Origin: Chthoniobacterales bacterium
Lineage (GTDB): Bacteria > Verrucomicrobiota > Verrucomicrobiia > Chthoniobacterales > Chthoniobacteraceae
Direction: 5' to 3'
Length of the DNA stretch: 64,000 nucleotides
NCBI GenBank assembly: GCA_038207335.1
Contig: JBBQZX010000009.1
Location: forward strand, 64,001 to 128,000
Shown here: positions 10,094 to 20,497 of the stretch, one piece after another
Layout: each line of letters begins with the position of its first letter
How positions within the stretch are numbered: position 1 is the first letter of the stretch
Notes under the pieces: generated by a model
The model's input: the letters and a program-made list of their open reading frames with translations, nothing else
What the model was told of the DNA's origin: nothing
Database searches by the model: none
Translations under genes and position numbers: made by a program

Positions 10094-11230
10094 ATGAAGA
10101 AAGCCGCTCTCTTTGCCACCGCCATTTTCCTCGCCGCACTCACGGGATGTAAGAGGAACGACTCCGGCGCGGCAGCGGATAAAGTCGTAATCGGCGAGTT
10201 CGCATCGCTCACCGGCGCGACTGCGAGCTTCGGCCAGTCGTCGCACAAAGGGACGCAGATGGCGATCGACGAACTGAACGCGGGCGACGGCCTGCTCGGG
10301 AAAAAGGTGGGACTAGTGACCGAAGACGATCAGTCCAAAGCCGGCGAGGCGGCGACTGTCGTGCGCAAGATGATTTCACGGGACAAGGTGATCGCGGTGC
10401 TCGGCGAAGTCGCGTCGTCCCGCTCGCTCGAGGCCGCGCCGATTTGCCAGCAGAGCAAAGTCCCGATGATCTCGCCGTCCTCGACGAATCCGAAAGTCAC
10501 TGAGGTCGGTGACTACATTTCGCGCATCTGCTTCATCGATCCATTTCAAGGCACCGTGCTCGCGAAATTCGCACTTTCAAAAGGCTGGAAAAAAGCCGCG
10601 GTGCTGACCGATGTGAAGCAGGACTACAGCGTCGGGCTTTCGCAATATTTCAAAGAATACTTCTCGAAAAACGGCGGCACGATCGTGATCGAGCAGAACT
10701 ACTCGACCGACGACACGGACTTCAACGCGCAGCTCACCTCGATCAAGGCGGCTGCGCCCGACGTGATCCTCGCGAGCGGCTACTACACGGAGGCCGGGCT
10801 CATCGCGAAACAGGCGAGACAAATCGGGCTGAGCGTCCCGATGCTCGGCGGCGACGGCTGGGATTCGCCGTCTCTCGTCCAAGTCGCGGGCGCGGCGATG
10901 GAGGGCAATTTTTTCTCGAACCACTTCTCAGCTGAAGACCAGACGCCGCTGATTCAGGATTTCATCAAACGCTACAAGGCCAAATACAATGAGGAGCCCG
11001 ACGCGATGGCCGCGCTCGGCTACGACTCCGCGATGATTCTCGCGGATGCGATCAAGCGCGCGGGCACGACGGACTCCGAGAAGCTGCGCGACGCCGTAGC
11101 GTCGACGAAGGAGTACAATGGCATCACAGGCAAGATCACGCTCGACGACAAGCGCAACGCGAACAAACCGGCGGTGATTTTGACGATCAAAGACGGGAAG
11201 TTCAAATACGTGGAGACCGTGGCGCCGTAA
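10094..11230 (+). CDS. livK: Branched-chain amino acid ABC transporter substrate-binding lipoprotein (LivK/LivJ family)
   Basis: Lipobox LTGC; LTG.TASFG, AIDELNA and GGDGWDS motifs; first gene of the liv cluster. Confidence 0.9.
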   Translation: MKKAALFATAIFLAALTGCKRNDSGAAADKVVIGEFASLTGATASFGQSSHKGTQMAIDELNAGDGLLGKKVGLVTEDDQSKAGEAATVVRKMISRDKVIAVLGEVASSRSLEAAPICQQSKVPMISPSSTNPKVTEVGDYISRICFIDPFQGTVLAKFALSKGWKKAAVLTDVKQDYSVGLSQYFKEYFSKNGGTIVIEQNYSTDDTDFNAQLTSIKAAAPDVILASGYYTEAGLIAKQARQIGLSVPMLGGDGWDSPSLVQVAGAAMEGNFFSNHFSAEDQTPLIQDFIKRYKAKYNEEPDAMAALGYDSAMILADAIKRAGTTDSEKLRDAVASTKEYNGITGKITLDDKRNANKPAVILTIKDGKFKYVETVAP

Positions 11231-11233
11231 GGC

Positions 11234-12166
11234 ATGGACGACTGGGGCCGGTTTCTCCAGCAGCTCGTCAACGGGCTCTCGCAAGGGTCGATCTACGCTC
11301 TCATCGCGCTCGGCTACACGATGGTTTATGGCGTGCTGCGATTCATCAATTTCGCGCACGGCGATGTTTTCATGGTCGGCGCATACGCCGGGCTATTCCT
11401 CCATCGATGGCTCGTGCCGCTGCTCGGAGTGGTGCCCGGTTTCGGCGGCGCGCTGCTCATCCTCGCGGGCTCGATGGCCATCTGCGCCGCGCTCGGCATC
11501 GTCATCGAATGGCTCGCGTATCGCCCGCTGCGCACACGTCCACGGCTGATCGTGCTCATCACGGCGATCGGTGTTTCGCTGCTGCTCGAGTATTCCGCAC
11601 AGCTCATTTTTGGCCCGAATCGCCAGCCATTTCCTGACCTCGTCGAGACACGGCTCGTCGGAGGCTTCGGCGGTTTGCTCGTGAAAAATACGCAGCTCAT
11701 CGTGCTCGCAGTCACGCTACTTCTGCTCGGTGCGCTGAGTTTCATCGTGCTGAGAACGCGTCTCGGAATGGCCATGCGAGCGCTCTCGTTCAACCCCACC
11801 GCAGCTGCGCTGATGGGCGTGAATACCGACGTCGTCATCTCGTTCACCTTCGGCCTCGGCTCTGCTCTCGCTGCGGCGGGCGGCATTTTTTCGTCCATGC
11901 TTTATCCGCAGGTGCAACCGTTCATGGGAGTGACCGTCGGCCTCAAAGCCTTTGTGGCAGCCGTTCTCGGAGGCATCGGCAATATTCCCGGTGCCGCGCT
12001 CGGCGGCCTCATCATCGGCGTCGTCGAGACGATGGTCGTCGCCTACAGCGAGAAAATCGGCATCTCCTCCGGCTACCGCGACGCCGTCGCATTCGTTATC
12101 CTCATCCTTATCCTGCTCGTGAAACCGTCCGGCCTCCTCGGAAAAACGGAACGCGAGAAGGTCTGA
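11234..12166 (+). CDS. livH: Branched-chain amino acid ABC transporter permease
   Basis: NGLSQGSIYALIALGYTMVYGVLRFINFAHG; KAFVAAVLGGIG. Confidence 0.93.
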   Translation: MDDWGRFLQQLVNGLSQGSIYALIALGYTMVYGVLRFINFAHGDVFMVGAYAGLFLHRWLVPLLGVVPGFGGALLILAGSMAICAALGIVIEWLAYRPLRTRPRLIVLITAIGVSLLLEYSAQLIFGPNRQPFPDLVETRLVGGFGGLLVKNTQLIVLAVTLLLLGALSFIVLRTRLGMAMRALSFNPTAAALMGVNTDVVISFTFGLGSALAAAGGIFSSMLYPQVQPFMGVTVGLKAFVAAVLGGIGNIPGAALGGLIIGVVETMVVAYSEKIGISSGYRDAVAFVILILILLVKPSGLLGKTEREKV

Positions 12167-12178
12167 GTTTTTGCCGCG

Positions 12179-13141
12179 ATGCGCTGGTCTCATCTGCTCC
12201 TCATTTGCGCGCTCGTTGCCGCCGCCGTGGCGTCGGTTTTTTCGTCCCGAATCGATGACTACGTGGTGAATGTCGCGGTCCTCTGCGGCATCAACATGAT
12301 TCTCGCGACGAGCTTGAACCTCGTGAACGGTCACACCGGACAATTCTCGCTCGGGCACGCCGGATTCATGGCTGTCGGCGCGTATGGATCGAGCGCCGTT
12401 TCACTCTTCGCGAGCCCCTGGTTGCTCGCGAAAATGGGCGGCGTCGGATTCGCCGCTAACCAAACGCTCTTCCTCATCGCGCTCCTGGCGGGTGGTATCG
12501 CAGCGGCTACCGCGGGCTTCATCGTCGGCGTTCCGTCGCTGCGTTTGCGCGGCGACTATCTCGCGATCGTCACGCTCGGCTTCGGTGAAATCATCCGCGT
12601 CATCGTGCAAAATACCGACGCCATCGGCGGCCCGCGCGGGCTCAATCAAATCCCCGGATTCACGAATGTTTTTTGGACGTTCGGTCTTGCCGCGGTCACC
12701 GTCTATGTGGTCTCCAGCCTCGTCGATTCGACGTACGGCCGCGGTTTTCTCGCCGTGCGGGACGACGAAATCGCGGCAGAGGCGATGGGCATCAACACGA
12801 CCAAATACAAAGTCCTCGCGTTCGTGCTCGGCGCGTTTTTCGCCGGCATCGCGGGCGCGCTTTACGCCCACTACATCACCTATATCACGCCCGAGGGTTT
12901 CAATTTCATGAAGTCCGTCGATGTCGTCGTGATGGTCATTCTCGGCGGCATGGGCAACGTCGTCGGCGTGCTTCTCGCGGCGGTCGTGCTCACCGTGCTC
13001 AACGAATTTCTGCGCTCGTTCGAACAGTATCGGATGATCGTTTTCGCGCTGCTGCTGATCCTCATGATGATCCTCCGTCCGCAGGGTCTGCTCGGCGGCT
13101 TGCGCTGGCCGTTCAAAGGCAAAGTCGCGAAGAAAAAATGA
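12179..13141 (+). CDS. livM: Branched-chain amino acid ABC transporter permease
   Basis: GQFSLGHAGF, LRLRGDYLAIVTLGFGEI and RDDEIAAEAMG motifs. Confidence 0.93.
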   Translation: MRWSHLLLICALVAAAVASVFSSRIDDYVVNVAVLCGINMILATSLNLVNGHTGQFSLGHAGFMAVGAYGSSAVSLFASPWLLAKMGGVGFAANQTLFLIALLAGGIAAATAGFIVGVPSLRLRGDYLAIVTLGFGEIIRVIVQNTDAIGGPRGLNQIPGFTNVFWTFGLAAVTVYVVSSLVDSTYGRGFLAVRDDEIAAEAMGINTTKYKVLAFVLGAFFAGIAGALYAHYITYITPEGFNFMKSVDVVVMVILGGMGNVVGVLLAAVVLTVLNEFLRSFEQYRMIVFALLLILMMILRPQGLLGGLRWPFKGKVAKKK

Positions 13142-13912
13142 ACCGCCGCCTGCTAACGCTCGACGACGTTTCGATTCAATTCGGCGGCCTCAAAGCAGTC
13201 AGCGCGCTGAGCTTTCACATCGACGATGGCGAGCTTGTCGGCCTTATCGGACCGAATGGCGCGGGCAAGACCACCGTGTTCAATTTGATCACCGGCGTCT
13301 ATGCGCCGACCGGCGGGCGCATCGACTTCGCGGGCCGCTCCGTGCATGGCCAGCGACCGTATAAAATCACGTCGCACGGCATCGCGCGCACGTTTCAAAA
13401 CATCCGCCTCTTCGGCTCGATGAACGTCTTCGACAACGTCCGCTGCGCCTTCAATTTGTCGCTTAAACAAGGCATCGGTGCGGCGCTGCTGCGCGGCTCC
13501 ACATTTGAATGCGAGGAGCGCGAAATTGAAGCGCGCGCGCTCGAGTTGCTGGAAATTTTCGGCCTTGCTGGCGAACGGGACACCGATTGCCGCAGCCTGC
13601 CATACGGCGACCAGAGGCGGCTGGAAATCGTCCGCGCATTGGCCACAAAACCAAAGCTGCTGCTGCTCGACGAACCCGCCGCCGGGATGAATCCCACTGA
13701 GAAAATCGAGCTGATGAGGCTCATCCGTTTCACGCAGGAAAAATTTCAGCTCGCAGTGCTGCTAGTGGAGCACGACATGAAAGTCGTCATGGGCATTTGC
13801 GAGCGGATCGCGGTGCTCGATTACGGCGTGAAAATCGCGGAGGGGACGCCCGCCGAGATTCGTGGAAATCCGAAAGTCATCGCTGCGTATTTAGGACAGG
13901 AGGCCGCCGCCG

Positions 13913-13920
<8 letters not shown>
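13138..13920 (+). CDS. livG: Branched-chain amino acid ABC transporter ATP-binding protein
   Basis: ATG at 13138 overlaps the livM stop; GPNGAGKT, ARTFQNIRLF, LPYG and LLLDEPAAG motifs. Confidence 0.93.
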
Positions 13921-14623
<703 letters not shown>

Positions 14624-14712
14624 TCGTGGGCCGTCATCATCCGGTCGGTTTCAACGATTTTGCCAGCGGCGAGCTTGCCATCGCGCAGCGCTGTGCCGTA
14701 TCACTCACCTCA

Positions 14713-15084
14713 ATGAAAACCTTGCTCCCCGCCCTCGTTCTCGCCGCGCTTCTCTCACTCAGTGGCGGTGCGTGCGCCTACGATTCTGACGGCCCGATTG
14801 TGGTGCCAAGGTCGGCGTCGCTCATTCCGCGCAGCGAGAAGCCGCAGTTTTACCAGCCGACACAGCGTTACTGGGGCCGGGATTACGTGGTTTATTACCA
14901 TTTTGTTCCTGTGGAGGCTCACTCGCGCTTCACTCCGGTTTTCGGATCGAGAGAGCTTCAAATCACCTCCGAACAATTTACCGGTGCGGGTCCTGCGGGT
15001 CCGCGGCTGATCGTTTACACGAAGCCAAGATACAATCGGACGACGACCACCACGACCACGACCACGACCGGCTACGAGAAATAA
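14713..15084 (+). CDS. Small secreted hypothetical protein with a C-terminal poly-Thr tract
   Basis: Signal peptide MKTLLPALVLAALLSLSGGACA; run of 10 Thr near the C-terminus. Confidence 0.65.
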   Translation: MKTLLPALVLAALLSLSGGACAYDSDGPIVVPRSASLIPRSEKPQFYQPTQRYWGRDYVVYYHFVPVEAHSRFTPVFGSRELQITSEQFTGAGPAGPRLIVYTKPRYNRTTTTTTTTTTGYEK

Positions 15085-15113
15085 CTCGTCCGTTGGGCGA
15101 AAAAGTCCTTGGC

Positions 15114-15152
15114 AGCGCGACGCGCCCGTGGCAGCGTCGCGCTCCTTTTTTT
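15114..15152 (+). terminator. Putative intrinsic terminator upstream of rplU
   Basis: AGCGCGACGC...GCGTCGCGCT hairpin followed by CC and a T7 run. Confidence 0.5.
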
Positions 15153-15167
15153 AGGACACCTCTTTTT

Positions 15168-15479
15168 ATGGCATACGCAATTTTCAAAACTGGCGGAAAA
15201 CAATACCGCGTCTCGGCAGGCGACATCCTCGACATCGAGAAGGTCGAAGGCGAAGCAGGAGCGGAGGCGAAATTCGCCGAAGTGCTCCTCGTCGCGGATG
15301 GCGGCAAACTGAAATCGGGAGACGCGCTGAGCGGCGTCTCCGTCGTCGCAGAAGTCGTCGCACAGATCAAGGCGCCGAAAGTCATCGCTTTCAAATACCG
15401 CCGCCGCAAAGGCTACCACCGCACCGTCGGACATCGGCAAAAGCTCACTAAAATCAAGATCACGAGCATCCCTGCCTAA
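15168..15479 (+). CDS. rplU: 50S ribosomal protein L21
   Basis: MAYAIFKTGGKQYRV...YRRRKGY..GHRQ. Confidence 0.97.
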   Translation: MAYAIFKTGGKQYRVSAGDILDIEKVEGEAGAEAKFAEVLLVADGGKLKSGDALSGVSVVAEVVAQIKAPKVIAFKYRRRKGYHRTVGHRQKLTKIKITSIPA

Positions 15480-15512
15480 GTCCGTTTTCAACACCACTTT
15501 TTTCTCAATCTC

Positions 15513-15776
15513 ATGGCACACAAAAAAGGTCAAGGCAGCGTCAAGAATGGGCGCGACAGCGTCAGCAAACGGCTCGGCGTCAAGAAATTCGGCAGCCAGT
15601 CGGTGATCGCCGGCAACATCATCGTCCGTCAGCGCGGCACGAAATTCCTGCCGGGTAAAAACGTCGGCCTCGGCAACGACTACACCATTTGGTCGCTGAT
15701 CGATGGCACCGTCCGCTTCGACCGCGAAGGCCGCCGGGTGAACGTCGATCCGATCGCAACCGCGTCCGCGAACTAA
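15513..15776 (+). CDS. rpmA: 50S ribosomal protein L27
   Basis: [31 protein letters not shown]. Confidence 0.98.
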   Translation: MAHKKGQGSVKNGRDSVSKRLGVKKFGSQSVIAGNIIVRQRGTKFLPGKNVGLGNDYTIWSLIDGTVRFDREGRRVNVDPIATASAN

Positions 15777-15797
15777 ATTCGAGCAGACAAGTTTCCG

Positions 15798-15833
15798 AGC
15801 GCTCCAGTCCTCACGGGCTGGAGCGCTTTTTTT
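15798..15833 (+). terminator. Intrinsic terminator after rpmA
   Basis: AGCGCTCCAGTCC-TCAC-GGGCTGGAGCGCT followed by a T run. Confidence 0.85.
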
Positions 15834-15965
15834 ACGGCATCTTGGATCCAGCCTTCAACTTCGCGTTCCGCCTCCAAAAGCGAGACGAGTTCCCGCGTGA
15901 AAACGCCACGCACGATTTCGGCTCTTCGCGGATTGCGGACGGAATCCAGAAGTTGACACTGGATC

Positions 15966-16847
15966 ATGCCGACAACCCGTATCCTCGAACTGTCTTCCGG
16001 GCTCCGGCTTGCGATCGATGAGGACGGCGATCTGGGCGGCACGCCGGTCTTTTTCTTTCACGGCTGGCCGTCCTCTCGCCTGCAGGGCGCGGGGTTTGGG
16101 CCGGCGGCGCGCGAACTCGGCGTGAGGCTCATCTCACCTGATCGACCGGGCATCGGCCTGTCGTCGTATCAACCGGGGCGGCGGTTGCTCGACTGGCCGC
16201 CGCTCGTTCGAGAAACGGCGGAGCAGCTCGGCATTCCGCGCTTTCGCGTGTTGGCGATTTCCGGTGGAGGGCCCTACGGGGTGGCTACGGCGTTCGCGTT
16301 GCCGGATTTGGTCGAGACGGTTTCGATCGTCTCCGGCGCGCCGCCGCTCGGCCCGGACGTCGATCCTCAGGCCGTGTTGCCGATTTATCGCTGGCTGCTT
16401 GCCGTGCATCGGCGGCGACCCGGCGCGGTGCGCGCATTTTTTGCAATGGCGCGGCCTTTCGCCACCATCCGCCCGCCGCGTTGGATGTGGCCACTGTTGC
16501 TGCGGTTCGTGCCCGCAGCGGATCGCGAGGCGCTGCGCGATCCGGCAGTGTTCGATGGATCGTTCGGATGCTACCGCGAAGCGTGGCGCGGCAGCGCGCG
16601 CGGCGTTGCCTCGGATGCGGAGGTTTACGCCGCCGACTGGGGTTTTGAACCCGAGGAGGTGCGCGTCCCCGTCCGGCTCTGGCATGGAAAACACGACCGC
16701 AATTTCTCCTGGCGGCTTGCCGAGGCCCTCGCGCGCCGGTTGCCCGACTGCCGCACGCGTTTCATCGAAAATGCCGGCCACTACTCGGTCGCGGTCTCGC
16801 ATACGCGCGCGATCCTCGAAGAGCTGATCTCGCCAAATCCGATTTGA
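15966..16847 (+). CDS. Alpha/beta fold hydrolase
   Basis: FFHGWPSSR, DRPGIGLS, AISGGG nucleophile elbow, LWHGKHD, AGH. Confidence 0.9.
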   Translation: MPTTRILELSSGLRLAIDEDGDLGGTPVFFFHGWPSSRLQGAGFGPAARELGVRLISPDRPGIGLSSYQPGRRLLDWPPLVRETAEQLGIPRFRVLAISGGGPYGVATAFALPDLVETVSIVSGAPPLGPDVDPQAVLPIYRWLLAVHRRRPGAVRAFFAMARPFATIRPPRWMWPLLLRFVPAADREALRDPAVFDGSFGCYREAWRGSARGVASDAEVYAADWGFEPEEVRVPVRLWHGKHDRNFSWRLAEALARRLPDCRTRFIENAGHYSVAVSHTRAILEELISPNPI

Positions 16848-16927
16848 GAGCGTGATAACGGATTCGCCGCATCCGTGCACGATTCGGTGAGCGCATCCTG
16901 ACGACCTCCTCGCTCCTCGGGATGCAG

Positions 16928-17335
16928 CCCACGGTTGCCCGCAGCGGGCTACCCTGGGAAAGCGCCCGCGCCGTGGGGATGGGCAATCCCGGCCTACGGC
17001 ACCAGCACCGCGGCGCTCTAAGGGCCCGTCCCCGCCGTGTTGAACGCCGCCACATGCAGTTCCGTCCCCGGCGGGATCGATAGCTCCGCGTGCGGCTCCG
17101 TCACCGTCGCCAGCAGCGTGTGCTCCGGCCCTTCCGAACCGTTGAAAACCTTGTAACCCGTCGCCCCCGTCACCGGCGACCATGTCACATTCGCGATGCC
17201 GCCCTGCAAGGGTTGCATCTCTCCCGCGATCCAACCCTTTCCGGGTCGCCACCTCTCCTCCCGCCCCATCCCAAGCTAGGCGCTCCTTGCGTCGCCCCAA
17301 CCCTGGGCTGACCGATCCAACGCCTTCATCGTTCC
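16928..17335. repeat. Degenerate REP-like palindromic units
   Basis: Imperfect hairpins ending ACCCTGGG at 16928-16958 and about 17270-17307; GATCCAAC near 17228 and 17315. Confidence 0.4.
17018..17218 (-). pseudogene. Fibronectin type III-like fragment (probable gene remnant)
   Basis: VTWSPVTGATGYKVF...LHVAAFNTAGTGP matches the FN3 W/Y/V-A-N-G pattern; no signal peptide or convincing start. Confidence 0.5.
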
Positions 17336-17357
17336 CCCGCGCCATCCCTCCCTCCCC

Positions 17358-19478
17358 TCACTTCCCCTCCGCCCGCCACTTCGCAAGCGTCGTCCGAACC
17401 TTCGCGGCATCCGGGGCTTCGATCGCCTCGCGAATCTGGAGCGCCGCCTCCGCCCGCCGAATCGCCTCGGCCTTCTCACCCAGTAAGTCGAATGCCGGTG
17501 CCGAGTTCCAGAGATCACTGCCTTCTCCCCGCCGGTCACCGATCTCGCGGGCGATGACGAGGTGCTGCTCGTAGAACTCGATGGCCTTGCGCGCGTCGCC
17601 CAAGTTCCCGTAGGCGTTGCCGAGACTGCCGAGGGCGTTGCCTTCCCCGCGCCGGTCGCCGATCTCGCGGGCGATGACGAGACGCTGCTCGTGGTAATCT
17701 ATGGCTTTGCGCGCGTCGCCCAAGTCGGCGTAGGCGGTGCCGAGATTGCCGAGGGTGTTGCCTTCCCCGTGCCGGTCGCCGATCTCGCGGGCGATGACAA
17801 GGTGCTGCTCGTAGAACTCGATGGCCTTGCGCGCGTCGCCCAAGTCGGCGTAGGCGAGGCCGACATTGCCGAGGCAGCAGCCTTCCCCTCGCGGATCGCC
17901 GGTCTCGCGTATTACGACCAGCGCCTGTTCGAAGAACTCGATGGCCTTGCGCACGTCGCCCACGTTCCTGTAGGCGTTGCCGAGATTGCTGAGGTTGTTG
18001 CATTCCCCGCGCCGGTCGCCGATCTCGCGCATTACAACCTGCGACTGCTCGTAGGAGTCGATGGCCTTGCGCGCGTCGCCCAAGTCGAAGTAGGCGTTTC
18101 CGAGATTCCCGAGGATATTGCCTTCCTGCTCGCGATCTTCGATGAAGTGCGCGGCGTCGCGCTGGGCTTCCAGCCAGCGGACGCTCTGGCGTGGATGGAA
18201 GCGGAGATTGCTGGTATAAACCACTGCGTTCACGAGCGAGAGGAGCAATCTGGCGGAGTCGCGGTCGAGTCGGGGCACCAGCCAGTCGAAGGCAGCTTCG
18301 AGTTGCACGCGCTCGCGGTCGAAGAGATCCAAGCCGGCGCGCACATTTTCGCCGCCTTTCAAATAAAGAGCGGCGGTTTCGTATCCCACATCGCGATAGT
18401 GCGCGGCGTGGCGGAGGTGGGCGGAGTCGCGGTCAGTGTCGGAGAGCTTGCCCTCGCAGAACTGGCGGACGAGATCGTGGAGGCGGAAGCGGGCGGCGGC
18501 TTCGTCCCACTCGACGAGCCTGGCGGTGACGAGCGTCTGCAGGGCGTCACGCGCGGTGTCGGCGTCCTTTTGCCAGACAGCGGCGACGGCGCGGAGGTCG
18601 AAGCTGGCGGGAAAGACGGCGAGGAGGGTCCAGTCGCGGCGCGTCTCCTCATCGAGGAGGCTGGCGCTGACCTCGAAGGCGGCATCGACTTCGCCGAGCC
18701 GGTCTTTGCGCTGGCGGAGGCGGGTGAGCAACTCGGGGACGGGCGTGAGGCTGCGATGATTGACCGCACCGGCGAAGACCGCGAGGGCGAGCGGGAGATG
18801 GCCGCAGAGCACGGCGTCGTCGCTTTCGCTCCCATGTAGACGCGGGGCCAGCCGGAGGAGGAGCGCGCACGAGTCGTCGGGGGCGAGGCAAGCGAGACGA
18901 TGGACGGTAAGGCCGGGGATGGCGAACTGCGTGCGGGAGGTGACGAGGAGGAGGCAGCCCGCGGGGGGGAGGAGCGGGGAGACTTGCGCGGCGTCGGCGG
19001 CGTTATCGAGCAAGAGGAGGACGCGGCCGGCTTCGGCGAGGACGGAGAGGTAGATGGGCGTGAGATCGTCGAGTGCCTCGGGGAGGCGGGCATCGGGATG
19101 GAAGCTGTGGATGATCTGCTCCATCGCCTCGGCAGGTGTGACGGCCTGGATGGCGCTGCCGCGGTAGCCGCCGGCATCGGCACCGGCACCGCGGAGATTG
19201 AGGAAGAGCTGGGCGTCCGGGTAGCGGTCGATGAGACGGTGGGCGAGGGCGACGGCGAGGGCGGTCTTGCCGACGCCGCCCATGCCTTGCAAGCCCGAGA
19301 TGGCCGCGCCAGCCCCGCCGCCGCCGAGCGTGCGGGCGAGTTCGTCGAGGATGTCATCGCGCCCGGTCAGCGGCGTGGCGGCGGGGAGCTGATGGCGAGG
19401 AGAGAGGCGCTGAGGTTCGCCACCGATCCGCACATTCGCACCAGCTCCGGCGACGATGACATGCCCACCGGCCTGCAC
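17358..19478 (-). CDS. STAND NB-ARC ATPase with C-terminal TPR repeats (bacterial NLR-like); start uncertain
   Basis: GMGGVGKT P-loop, LLLLDNA Walker B, LLVTSR, CGHLPLAL and LHDLVR (MHD-like) motifs; 5-6 TPR units. Confidence 0.88.
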   Translation of the reverse strand: MQAGGHVIVAGAGANVRIGGEPQRLSPRHQLPAATPLTGRDDILDELARTLGGGGAGAAISGLQGMGGVGKTALAVALAHRLIDRYPDAQLFLNLRGAGADAGGYRGSAIQAVTPAEAMEQIIHSFHPDARLPEALDDLTPIYLSVLAEAGRVLLLLDNAADAAQVSPLLPPAGCLLLVTSRTQFAIPGLTVHRLACLAPDDSCALLLRLAPRLHGSESDDAVLCGHLPLALAVFAGAVNHRSLTPVPELLTRLRQRKDRLGEVDAAFEVSASLLDEETRRDWTLLAVFPASFDLRAVAAVWQKDADTARDALQTLVTARLVEWDEAAARFRLHDLVRQFCEGKLSDTDRDSAHLRHAAHYRDVGYETAALYLKGGENVRAGLDLFDRERVQLEAAFDWLVPRLDRDSARLLLSLVNAVVYTSNLRFHPRQSVRWLEAQRDAAHFIEDREQEGNILGNLGNAYFDLGDARKAIDSYEQSQVVMREIGDRRGECNNLSNLGNAYRNVGDVRKAIEFFEQALVVIRETGDPRGEGCCLGNVGLAYADLGDARKAIEFYEQHLVIAREIGDRHGEGNTLGNLGTAYADLGDARKAIDYHEQRLVIAREIGDRRGEGNALGSLGNAYGNLGDARKAIEFYEQHLVIAREIGDRRGEGSDLWNSAPAFDLLGEKAEAIRRAEAALQIREAIEAPDAAKVRTTLAKWRAEGK
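17521..18125 (-). repeat. 120-bp tandem repeats encoding 40-aa TPR units
   Basis: Sequence lines 17521, 17641, 17761, 17881 and 18001 align with a 120-bp period; ATGGC(C/T)TTGCGC(G/A)CGTCGCCCA recurs in each unit. Confidence 0.92.
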
Positions 19479-19673
19479 TTCCGCTGCGTGTGTCGTCCCC
19501 GTGCCCGCCGCCGCGTGCTCAGGGGCTACGCTTTTGGGGGCGAGTCGTTCTCGCGGGTGATGGAGACGTCTTTCTTCGCGTCGAATTTCTTCGCCTCCAA
19601 CGTGCCGCCGCTGGACGCGAGTCTCAAATCCCGGCGAGGCTCGCGCGCGCGCAAATCCAGCGGCACCGCCCGA

Positions 19674-20474
19674 TCACAAGCCCTCTGGTAGCGGGAGTTG
19701 CGCGTCTTTCAAGCCGCCGTCCGGGATCGGCAGCCGCAGGGTCCAGAGGATCGCCTGCGTGACGAGTCGGCGATATTCGATGCGCTCCCAGTTTTTGTGA
19801 AAGTGGAGGCACACGAAGCCGAACGAGCGCCCACCATCCGGTCGATCCCACGCCCAGCCGATCGTCTCCTCGCGGCCCTCCAGCTGCGTGGTGAGCAGGG
19901 GTATGAAGGCGTCGGATTTTGGCTGAAGATCGAGCCGGTAGTAGAACTCGTCGTTGATCCGAAAATCGCCCAGCCCCGCGACTACCGGATGCTGCGGCGC
20001 GGCGATGTGGATGTCGTTTTCCTGGACCACGTATTTGCGCTGCGGCCCGCCGCGTGTGCCGCCGAGCAGCGCGAGTTGGCCAGCGATGAACGTTGCATCC
20101 TTTGCGCCGACCGACCAATGCAGCGCCACCAGCGCGCCCTTGCGCTCGCAAAACTTTTGCAGCGCCGCGTAGCGCTCCGGTGTCGCCTGCATCCACTGCG
20201 CGCCTTGCGTCACGAGCAGCACGATCCCGTCCGCCTTGTCGATGAGCGCCGGTCCTTCAGGCCACGGCTCGTCGGCCTTCACGATCGTCGTCGTGATGTC
20301 GGCGGCGAAGGGCTTGAACAGTTGCTCGATCACCTTCACGCCGGCCATATATTCATGCGTGCCAACCGGGTGTCCATCAGGCCCTTGGCCGATCAAAAGG
20401 ACGCGCTTCGGCGCGGCATGGGTGCTGAACGCGAGCGCGGTGAGAAGGCTCAGGAAGAGGATGGAGAATTTCAT
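19674..20474 (-). CDS. Secreted ThuA-like (class I GATase-like) domain protein
   Basis: Signal peptide; GPDGHP.GTHEY, ALH, HPV, DEFYY, WAWDRPDGGRSFG and H.H.NW motifs. Confidence 0.85.
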   Translation of the reverse strand: MKFSILFLSLLTALAFSTHAAPKRVLLIGQGPDGHPVGTHEYMAGVKVIEQLFKPFAADITTTIVKADEPWPEGPALIDKADGIVLLVTQGAQWMQATPERYAALQKFCERKGALVALHWSVGAKDATFIAGQLALLGGTRGGPQRKYVVQENDIHIAAPQHPVVAGLGDFRINDEFYYRLDLQPKSDAFIPLLTTQLEGREETIGWAWDRPDGGRSFGFVCLHFHKNWERIEYRRLVTQAILWTLRLPIPDGGLKDAQLPLPEGL

Positions 20475-20497
20475 GGGGTTTGGGGGATTGGTTGTGC

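Noticed and set aside
12673..13137. Long N-terminal extension of LivG in the ORF track
   Set aside because: It overlaps livM in another frame; the real start is ATG 13138.
15085..15167. Ribosomal protein leader or riboswitch upstream of rplU
   Set aside because: The hairpin plus T-run is adequately explained as the upstream gene's terminator; no recognisable leader consensus.
17521..18125. Periodic repeats as a CRISPR array
   Set aside because: They are in-frame 120-bp coding TPR units with no unique spacers and no cas genes.
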